The notes beneath the pieces were generated by a model. It was given only the letters and a program-made list of their open reading frames with translations, was not told the origin of the DNA and searched no databases. A DNA stretch of 31,871 bases from a virus (lineage: Duplodnaviria > Heunggongvirae > Uroviricota > Caudoviricetes): the IMG/VR virus record IMGVR_UViG_2548876962_000012. One strand, 5' to 3'. Made by a program: the position numbers and the translations under genes. Below are positions 25,279 through 31,871 of this stretch, one piece after another. The first letter of the stretch is position 1. Every line of letters starts with the position of its first letter.

Positions 25279-27552
25279 TTACTTCTCAGAAAACCCTGGC
25301 CATCCCTTATCGGTCGCATAAATGAACTTTTTGTTACCGTAAAGCACCGCTGCCCCACGAGCCAGCGCGTCGAGCTCCCATCGCTGCGGCCTGATACCGC
25401 TCTGAGCAAGGTCAACGCGGATACGGGTAATTTGCATTCGTTCCGACCGGGTCAGTCTGGCCGATGGTGCCATTTCATGCTGTTTTAACGGGCTTCCGTT
25501 TCTTTGCTGACGGTTTGGCGTTCTCCGGTCGTGTTTTAATGCACCCCTGAGCGCCCTCACGACCTCCGGTTCATTCCATTCAATAACACCGTCATCAACC
25601 AGATTAAGCACAGCTGCGGCGTGCTCAGAAGGTGTGGGAGCCGGTAACGAAGTATCACCACCTGTGAGCTTTCCACAGTTATTGACAGGACTCCGAGGCG
25701 CGGCGATGCCGCTTTTTAAAGTCAAAGGCTCAACGACCGGAACTTTCGGCACAATGCGCCAGTCCGTCGTTCTGGTGATATGAATATGACGCGCGCCGAG
25801 ATGCGGCGCGTAAATGCCGACCACTCTCTCGACTTCTTCCTCGTACTCGTTAACGTCATCCGACGGGCTACGGGCGACCCTGACAGTCTGACGATCGCGC
25901 GGGACATTTGCCCCACCCTGCGCGCTGATATACAACGCAAAATCACCACTGTCTGCGGCGGCGCGTGCAGCCTCGACGCGCTCGTCAAACTCATCAGCAA
26001 TGCTGACGCCGCGCGGCAATTTGCGTAGTTCACGGTAAGCCCCCATTGTCGGCAGACCAACCGTTTTAAATTGCGGGATGCGCCACGTTGACGCCCATGC
26101 AGTAACAGCCGCGGCAGTATCTTTCAGAGGTCTGCCGGTATCGTTATCGAGCTGACCATCCAGTGCATAGCCGTCGATGTTTTTTGAGATGTATTTCGCG
26201 ATATACCCCGCAGCACCGCCCCGATTAAGGTGTTTTGCCTGAAAACGGTTTCGCGCGGCTCCTCTTTCGTCGCCATCCTCTTTGAGCGCATAGCGACGCA
26301 TGATTTCGATAATCTGGTTACGCTGGCGCGGATTACAAAAAAGCATCATATGCCAGTGCGGCGTTCCGTCGTGGTGTGGCTCGACGACACGCAAACCGTA
26401 GACCTGTAAATCATTATCCTTGAATGCCGTGCGCATCAGGCTCCAGATACGGCAGAGATAACGCTGCGCATCCTTTGGATTAAATGCCTCATCGTTCCAG
26501 CCGTGATTTAGCTGGACGGTTTTACTTTCGCCTTTTCTGACCTGACGTGTCGGATGATACTTTGACGGCGCGGTCAGCGTGATAAACATCCCCACATCAC
26601 CCTCTGCTGCGGCGTAACGCTCAATACCGGCGATGGTGTTCATCAGCTCCATCCGGCGAATTTCAGGATTAGAAATACTGCCCATCACCTTACTGATAAG
26701 GTCGATGCGCTCGCCGGTTTCCCTGTTTTCGAGGTCACACGATTTAAGAAATTCCAGATTTGCCTGGCGGCGTGCACGCACATCACGAATGGCATGTTTA
26801 CTGGCATAAGGAGAACGGTCTTTATTGACCTCCCCGACAGCTATCAGTAACGCTTCATGCCAGCGCATACGCTGACCTTTAAGCTGATGAGTCCACCACT
26901 CATCGTTAAACAGGCGGGCAATGGCAGAATATGCCTGCCTCGTGGTCATCTGTCTTTTACGGTATTTTTTCCAGTAGAGAGGGGAAATATTGAAAGCTCG
27001 TGCAGCGCCAGCAACATGACCATACAGGTGAGCCTGAGCCTCATCCGTAAACAGTGATTCTTTTTCGCCATGCGCATCCACCCAGGCATCGCTGAGTTCC
27101 TCATACATCATGAAAAGCTGCGATGAGATACGGGCGGCAAACTTTTTCAGCTCCTTGTCATTCATTCCCGGCAGGCGCGCATAGTGGTCACGCTCTGCCA
27201 GAAACAGCAACGACGCGTCGGTGTTCATTTCATGGCGCTGATTCACACGCTCAATGCGCGGCCATAAACGACGCTGAAAAGTGGATGTGAGGAAATAAAA
27301 CCCGTGCACCGGGCTTTTATTGCGCCGGATGTAGTCATAGCGTGAAGTAAACAGCGAGCGCAAAAAGTAAGGCAGGCGATTAATCGTGGATAAAACACCT
27401 TGCACCTGACGCATCTCGTCACGTGTAAGGGGTCTTTCGCGCCCGACGGCCTCGCGTGGCGCGTTCCAAGCATAAGCACCGGTAAACGTCTCACCGGTGC
27501 CTGCGGCAAATGCTGACGGAGGGACAAAACGCCCGGAGGCTTTAACGGCCAT
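25279..27552 (-). CDS. A: Replication initiation protein gpA (rolling-circle initiator), about 757 aa
   Basis: Large ORF at the P2 A position with paired catalytic-tyrosine-like motif (YIAKYISKN); start assigned to the ATG at 27550-27552 (MAVKASG) because the longer track ORF begins at a TTG at 27594. Confidence 0.85.
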   Translation of the reverse strand: MAVKASGRFVPPSAFAAGTGETFTGAYAWNAPREAVGRERPLTRDEMRQVQGVLSTINRLPYFLRSLFTSRYDYIRRNKSPVHGFYFLTSTFQRRLWPRIERVNQRHEMNTDASLLFLAERDHYARLPGMNDKELKKFAARISSQLFMMYEELSDAWVDAHGEKESLFTDEAQAHLYGHVAGAARAFNISPLYWKKYRKRQMTTRQAYSAIARLFNDEWWTHQLKGQRMRWHEALLIAVGEVNKDRSPYASKHAIRDVRARRQANLEFLKSCDLENRETGERIDLISKVMGSISNPEIRRMELMNTIAGIERYAAAEGDVGMFITLTAPSKYHPTRQVRKGESKTVQLNHGWNDEAFNPKDAQRYLCRIWSLMRTAFKDNDLQVYGLRVVEPHHDGTPHWHMMLFCNPRQRNQIIEIMRRYALKEDGDERGAARNRFQAKHLNRGGAAGYIAKYISKNIDGYALDGQLDNDTGRPLKDTAAAVTAWASTWRIPQFKTVGLPTMGAYRELRKLPRGVSIADEFDERVEAARAAADSGDFALYISAQGGANVPRDRQTVRVARSPSDDVNEYEEEVERVVGIYAPHLGARHIHITRTTDWRIVPKVPVVEPLTLKSGIAAPRSPVNNCGKLTGGDTSLPAPTPSEHAAAVLNLVDDGVIEWNEPEVVRALRGALKHDRRTPNRQQRNGSPLKQHEMAPSARLTRSERMQITRIRVDLAQSGIRPQRWELDALARGAAVLYGNKKFIYATDKGWPGFSEK

Positions 27553-27817
27553 ATGAGCCAAAAGCCTCTGAACAACGCTTGCTGAGTTGCTCAACCTGCG
27601 CGTTTAAATCAGCAAAAGACTTTGCGCTTCCGGTCAGAATATCGTGATGCATCAGGCCGGAAACGAGCTGGCTTAATTTCGGGTAATAACCAACCACCGC
27701 CAGCCATTCCTGACCGGCGTTTTTACCGCTTTCCGCTCTCTTTTTCTCGTGGAGAATAAACTGGAAGCTGTCACTGGTAACGACATAACGTTCGCCAATT
27801 TCAATACGAATACTCAT
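27542..27817 (-). CDS. Early-operon small protein, 91 aa, hypothetical
   Basis: ORF overlapping the A start by 11 nt and the upstream gene stop (ATGA); position of a P2 early-operon small ORF. Confidence 0.6.
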   Translation of the reverse strand: MSIRIEIGERYVVTSDSFQFILHEKKRAESGKNAGQEWLAVVGYYPKLSQLVSGLMHHDILTGSAKSFADLNAQVEQLSKRCSEAFGSYGR

Positions 27818-28038
27818 GCCGTTCTCCGGTAATGTTTGTTTTTTGCTTCAAAGACTGACTGACAGGAAACACAACGCGTGGCTGACGGATAAGCCGCACG
27901 ACGGGCAGCAGGTATTGGCGCGTCACACTCTTCGCAAACCAGCGCAGAAACACCGCAATGTTTTACCCTTGCCGCGTTAATCTGGCGCTCCAGTAATTCA
28001 GCCTGTTGTTCCTGAATAAAATCTACGTTGTCCGGCAT
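27814..28038 (-). CDS. TraR/DksA-type C4 zinc-finger protein, 74 aa
   Basis: CEEC ... CVSC four-cysteine motif with the spacing typical of the TraR/DksA family; early-operon position. Confidence 0.65.
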   Translation of the reverse strand: MPDNVDFIQEQQAELLERQINAARVKHCGVSALVCEECDAPIPAARRAAYPSATRCVSCQSVFEAKNKHYRRTA

Positions 28039-28328
28039 TACCAGTTCCTTTTGTCGTTCAGCTTCTTAAATTCATCAGCGCAATAGCTGGCGATTTCTGT
28101 CGTTAATTTTGTTAGTTCATCCACGGATGAAATTTGCTTATGAAATACAGCGCGTTTAACAAGTAAATTGACCACATCAGACAAGAGATTTAATTTATCC
28201 GCATAAATGGCTATAGTTGATTCCACCATATCCCCAGTGTTTTTATCGCGTTTAATATCAGCTAGCGACAAATCACCATTTTTCATGACTGAAATCTTCA
28301 GCCAGTTATTAAGCAATATATTTTTCAT
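28038..28328 (-). CDS. AT-rich early-operon hypothetical protein, 96 aa
   Basis: ORF with markedly lower GC than its neighbours; stop and start overlap the flanking genes. Confidence 0.55.
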   Translation of the reverse strand: MKNILLNNWLKISVMKNGDLSLADIKRDKNTGDMVESTIAIYADKLNLLSDVVNLLVKRAVFHKQISSVDELTKLTTEIASYCADEFKKLNDKRNW

Positions 28329-28570
28329 TCGCTATATGCCCTCTCCGCAGAATCAATCATTTCCCGGCCATTATCGGTAATACAGAAACCTTCTCTTGAT
28401 TTGGTCACAAGCCCCCATTTTCCCATTGCTATAAATGCTTTTTCCACACGACTAGGACAGGAGCGGAAGACATCGCTTGAAGGATGTAGTGGAGTCTTGT
28501 CATCTAATTTTTTAAGTAATGAAAGTTGATAATCTGTTAAGCGTTTCCTGAACCATTTTGTATTTGTCAT
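28325..28570 (-). CDS. Early-operon hypothetical protein, 81 aa
   Basis: Start taken at the ATG at 28568-28570 (MTNTKWF), preceded by an AGGGAAG SD-like element; the track ORF begins at a TTG two codons upstream. Confidence 0.55.
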   Translation of the reverse strand: MTNTKWFRKRLTDYQLSLLKKLDDKTPLHPSSDVFRSCPSRVEKAFIAMGKWGLVTKSREGFCITDNGREMIDSAERAYSE

Positions 28571-28584
28571 CTCCAACTTCCCTG

Positions 28585-28797
28585 TTATTTATTGAGTCCT
28601 AGATTATGGAATTTGGCAGACTCCTGACTGAGCAACTCGACTATCTCCACGCGGGATAACTCCGCCTTTGTGATGTGGCGAATCATGGCATCAAGATGAG
28701 ACGAAAAGCGCGTTGCTGCATCGACCTGTGCTTCGGTTCTGGCCTGTTGCAGCATTAATGCGTATTTACCGCACTGATTTTCAGAAACTGTATGCAT
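28585..28797 (-). CDS. Early-operon hypothetical protein, 70 aa
   Basis: ORF immediately downstream of B; ATG start. Confidence 0.55.
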   Translation of the reverse strand: MHTVSENQCGKYALMLQQARTEAQVDAATRFSSHLDAMIRHITKAELSRVEIVELLSQESAKFHNLGLNK

Positions 28798-28861
28798 GAC
28801 TTTCTCCAGGCAAAAAGAAGCCCCCGCACGATTAAGTGCGTTAAAAACTTTGGTTAATTAC

Positions 28862-29362
28862 TTAATGCAGATATTGCTCTGGTTTTACCGACGTCAGAAT
28901 TGTCGGTGCATATTCAAACAGACTAAATAATTCACGTAATGCACGGAATAAAGCATCACGCCAGTAACATGACTCTTCATTAATTCGCCAGTATGGCTGG
29001 TTAAATTCTTTTTCTGTCAGTCGTGCGTGCATAAATAAAGTACGGCGCTGACTGACAGTTAAAAAGCTAATATATGCATACTCACTTGCACCGACCTGAC
29101 GGCGTTTTGAGAATGCCCCACGCAATTCATCAATTGCACAAACCAGCCGTTCACGTTCGACGTCGTTCATTTCTTCAAAACGCATCGTTGCGTGACGCTG
29201 TTTTAACTGCGCATGAAAGCAAACCGTTAACCGTTCGCGCTCCATCATCTGATTATAATAATCACATGTATCCTGCCAGCGAGGGACGGCAAGATGCTTA
29301 CCAATTATCCGGCGCATAGCTGCTGGCTGTTTTTCAACGAGATTGAGCGTCATCACTGTCAT
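28862..29362 (-). CDS. B: Replication protein gpB, 166 aa
   Basis: 166-aa ORF; P2 B length and position; ATG overlaps the upstream gene stop. Confidence 0.85.
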   Translation of the reverse strand: MTVMTLNLVEKQPAAMRRIIGKHLAVPRWQDTCDYYNQMMERERLTVCFHAQLKQRHATMRFEEMNDVERERLVCAIDELRGAFSKRRQVGASEYAYISFLTVSQRRTLFMHARLTEKEFNQPYWRINEESCYWRDALFRALRELFSLFEYAPTILTSVKPEQYLH

Positions 29363-29529
29363 TTCCAGACCCTCCGGCTTTTCAGAAAGGTCAGAGCCTT
29401 CTTTAACGGACTCTGTTTTTTGGTGCGGATAATGATTCCTTTGCGTCCCTTCCCGTGGGTGATGGTGAAGTCAATCGCCCTGGGGCTTTCGTTACGCAAT
29501 AACTGAGCAATACAACGAGGTTCCTGCAT
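29359..29529 (-). CDS. Small basic hypothetical protein, 56 aa
   Basis: Start taken at the internal ATG at 29527-29529 (MQEPRC), preceded by AGGAGG at 4-nt spacing; stop overlaps the B start. Confidence 0.5.
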   Translation of the reverse strand: MQEPRCIAQLLRNESPRAIDFTITHGKGRKGIIIRTKKQSPLKKALTFLKSRRVWK

Positions 29530-29646
29530 AACTCCTCCTGAAACAGAGCCGGTTTTTAGCCATGTCCGGCGCATGGTCTTGTGGTACTATCCAATTGCTT
29601 TCACTCCAAATGTAAGCAAGTAGTTCGTAACACAAGGAATAACGAC

Positions 29647-29823
29647 ATGAATGATTTAGAAAAAACCAAGTTTCTTTTTGAGCAGACCTGTTCAGTCATC
29701 GGTGGAGCACTTACTGAACAATCAAGAATGCCTCTCCCTGTAGAGGTACGCATCGAGCGGTTGTTTGATGCTGTTTACCCAGTTCTTGAACGAAAGCTCG
29801 AAGAAAAACTTGGGAAAAAATAA
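29647..29823 (+). CDS. Small antisense-oriented ORF inside the early operon, 58 aa
   Basis: ATG at 29647 with SD AAGGAA at 7-nt spacing; fills an otherwise non-coding 290-bp gap; its stop abuts the stop of the convergent minus-strand ORF (TAATTA). Confidence 0.35.
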   Translation: MNDLEKTKFLFEQTCSVIGGALTEQSRMPLPVEVRIERLFDAVYPVLERKLEEKLGKK

Positions 29824-30012
29824 TTATTTCTCGTGCTGGTAAAGAAAATCTAAAATTCCCGCGATACAGCTAATTTCTCTGCCGGACAATTGCTTACCTA
29901 AACGTCCGGCTTCTTGTTTCAGAAAGTCACCAGCCCTCACCGACAAATCCAGCATTTCTTGTGGCGTTAATGCCTCGTTATCTGCTGCAATAACACTCTG
30001 TTGTTTTCCCAT
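29824..30012 (-). CDS. Small hypothetical protein downstream of cox-like gene, 62 aa
   Basis: Start taken at the ATG at 30010-30012 (MGKQQSV), preceded by AGGAGG at 5-nt spacing. Confidence 0.5.
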   Translation of the reverse strand: MGKQQSVIAADNEALTPQEMLDLSVRAGDFLKQEAGRLGKQLSGREISCIAGILDFLYQHEK

Positions 30013-30022
30013 AATTACCTCC

Positions 30023-30379
30023 TTAGGCCGCGTGGCCATGTCTGGATTTGCTGTAACTTATGCGATTCTTCCAGTCATGCCATTCTGTCGGAGCTTCATC
30101 GACTAGTTGAGCTGCATATTTGTCCCACTCACGACGATTAATCCATAACTCAGCATGACCGCCCGGCTTTAACGGGTCTGTCATATAGAATGCTGGCAGC
30201 TTTCCAGCTCGTGCCATTTCAGCCACCGCACGAGGAGTCTTACCGATGTAAAGAGCAAAACCCTCTTTCGACAGTAAATCTGACGGATCCGCAGCCAACT
30301 TAATGGAATCACGCTTGTTTTTTTTAAGAGCAGAAACTTCTTGTCTTTTCTCGTCACAAATTTCAGATCCGACATTCAT
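30023..30379 (-). CDS. cox: Cox-like excisionase / early-operon regulator (HTH), 118 aa
   Basis: First gene of the early operon, divergent from C; segment YIGKTPRAVAEMARAGKLPAFYMTDP resembles the Cox-family HTH; ATG with GAGGA SD. Confidence 0.6.
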   Translation of the reverse strand: MNVGSEICDEKRQEVSALKKNKRDSIKLAADPSDLLSKEGFALYIGKTPRAVAEMARAGKLPAFYMTDPLKPGGHAELWINRREWDKYAAQLVDEAPTEWHDWKNRISYSKSRHGHAA

Positions 30380-30482
30380 TTTGCTATCCTCACATTGATG
30401 TCAGCGATCTAGAGCGATTTAGAGTCGTTAGATGCTGATAAATCATATCAACTATGCAAAAGAATACGAGGTTAGAGAATTT
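30380..30482. promoter_or_regulatory. Immunity switch region (divergent Pe/Pc promoters and operator)
   Basis: 103-bp intergenic region between the divergent cox-like and C genes; three imperfect direct repeats at about 10-bp phasing (tctagagcga / tttagagtcg / ttagatgctg). Confidence 0.5.
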
Positions 30483-30782
30483 ATGTCAACTGACACTAGC
30501 GAACGTTTGAAGCTTATCCGTGAGTCTGAACGTCTGAAAATGAAGGAGGTAGCTGAACTAGCTGGCATCAACTACACCACATATGCAGGTTATGAATCAG
30601 GTAAGGCTATGATGTCCCTAGAAAATGCTAAGAAGTTTTTTAAAGTAGAAAGGTTCAGAAAATACCGTGACTGGTTCATGTTTGATGAAACTGATCCAGC
30701 AGCTGGACAAATAGCCCCGGCTCTCGCACACATTGGGCAAGACTCAACAATCTTGCACCACTCAGACCAAAAGACTGGCTGA
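30483..30782 (+). CDS. C: Immunity repressor C, 99 aa
   Basis: Start taken at the ATG at 30483 (MSTDTSERLKLIRESERLKMKEVAELAGINYTTYAGYESG, HTH), giving 99 aa; C-terminus GQIAPALAHIGQ...SDQKTG resembles P2 C. Confidence 0.8.
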   Translation: MSTDTSERLKLIRESERLKMKEVAELAGINYTTYAGYESGKAMMSLENAKKFFKVERFRKYRDWFMFDETDPAAGQIAPALAHIGQDSTILHHSDQKTG

Positions 30783-30875
30783 CGATTTATTCAGCATATG
30801 TGTGCAGTAAATGTACGAAAGAAAATTGCATTAATTTTCAAGTAGTAGAAGTAAACAGCGTCATCGGAGGGCTTT

Positions 30876-31871
30876 ATGTCTATTAAAAAGCTCGATGATG
30901 GTCGTTATGAAGTGGACGTCAGACCGCAGGGTGCAGATGGAAAACGTATCAGGCGGAAATTTAAAACTAAAGGTGAAGCTCAGGCATTCGAACGTCATGT
31001 GCTGGTTAATTACCACAACAAAGAGTGGTTAGAGAAGCCAGCCGACCGCCGAACTCTTACAGAGTTGTTAGGCAGATGGTGGATATATCACGGAAAATCA
31101 CATGAGCGTGGAGATATTGAACGAGGGCGTTTAACGACAATAATCGCCAAATTTGCAGAAATGGGAGTGTCCAGAGCAGACCAGCTAACAAAGAAAACGA
31201 TAACTGATTATCGCGTTGTAATGATGAACGATGGTCTAAAACCAGCCAGCGTAAATCGGCATCTGGCAATAATGAGCGGGATGTTCACCAAGTTAATTGA
31301 CGCCGGTGAATACCACTCTCACAACCCGTTCCGTGAGGTTAAGCGGTTACGTGAAGCTGTTACGGAAATGGCTTTTTTGTCCAGTGAAGAGATTACGCGG
31401 CTGTTATCCATGCTTGATGGCGATGAATTAAATGCAACGCTGGTCTGCCTTTCTACTGGTGGACGTTGGAGTGAAGTGTCTAATTTAAAAGCTGAACACA
31501 TCATTAACCAGATGGTTACGTTTATGAAAACTAAAAACGGAAAGCGCAGGACAATTCCCGTTTCGCAGGACCTGATTAAACGGATCAAGACCAAAAATTC
31601 AGGCAGGCTTTTTAATGCCAGTTACTACAAAGTGCGCAACGCTCTCAGGGAAGTAAAACCCGATTTACCTGACGGACAGGCAGTGCATGTTTTGAGGCAT
31701 ACATTTGCCACACATTTTATAATGAATGGAGGTAACATAATCACATTGCAGCGCATCCTGGGTCATTCTAACATTCAGCAAACTATGACCTACGCACACT
31801 TTGCACCGGATTTCTTACAAGATGCAGTGACTCTTAACCCGGTGTCAGGAATGTCCATAATGCGTCCATAA
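30876..31871 (+). CDS. int: Tyrosine integrase, 331 aa
   Basis: N-terminus MSIKKLDDGRYEVDVRPQG as in P2-family Int; C-terminal catalytic region HVLRHTFATHF...LGHSNIQQTMTYAHF with the R, H-x-x-R and Y residues. Confidence 0.9.
   Translation: MSIKKLDDGRYEVDVRPQGADGKRIRRKFKTKGEAQAFERHVLVNYHNKEWLEKPADRRTLTELLGRWWIYHGKSHERGDIERGRLTTIIAKFAEMGVSRADQLTKKTITDYRVVMMNDGLKPASVNRHLAIMSGMFTKLIDAGEYHSHNPFREVKRLREAVTEMAFLSSEEITRLLSMLDGDELNATLVCLSTGGRWSEVSNLKAEHIINQMVTFMKTKNGKRRTIPVSQDLIKRIKTKNSGRLFNASYYKVRNALREVKPDLPDGQAVHVLRHTFATHFIMNGGNIITLQRILGHSNIQQTMTYAHFAPDFLQDAVTLNPVSGMSIMRP

Larger units (their letters stand above)
1..31871. mobile_element. P2-like temperate phage (prophage), near-complete, ogr to int with internal cos
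   Basis: Collinear P2 gene order with matching protein lengths; cos 19-mer at 23580-23598; tyrosine integrase at the right edge and ogr at the left edge, as in an integrated P2 prophage. att sites lie outside the window. Confidence 0.9.

Noticed and set aside
1-31871. tRNA, rRNA or other structured RNA genes
   Set aside because: No cloverleaf-compatible segments or rRNA-like conserved stretches were recognised; the non-coding intervals are short and consistent with promoters and terminators.

Overview
The window is a near-complete P2-like (Peduovirus-type) temperate phage in prophage configuration, running from the stop codon of ogr (pos 1) to the stop codon of the integrase (pos 31871). It is the canonical P2 map in reverse orientation, with the cos site internal at 23580-23598. 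Gene order and protein lengths track P2 almost gene for gene: ogr, D, U, T, E/E+E', FII, FI, G, H, I, J, W, V, S, R, lysC/B/A, K, Y, X, L, M, N, O on the minus strand; P and Q on the plus strand; then cos, replication gene A, the early operon with B and a Cox-like gene, repressor C and int. All identifications are from reading the translations and from memory of the P2 family; no database search was run. Three AT-rich cargo islands sit at positions that correspond to known P2 accessory loci. The most interesting is a translationally coupled two-gene operon between cos and gene A (old/tin position), encoding an EEP-fold (endonuclease/exonuclease/phosphatase) protein and a 150-aa partner; this is my best candidate for an undescribed anti-phage system. 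The second is a 322-aa HExxH-motif protein between G and FI (Z/fun position), and the third is an opposite-strand 3-TM membrane protein between V and S (orf30 position). The capsid scaffold gene O carries an in-frame TAG that removes the last 36 codons, while every other structural gene is intact. Other notable features are four tandem 132-bp repeats in tail-fibre gene H, the E/E' -1 frameshift site, and a small antisense ORF inside the early operon.
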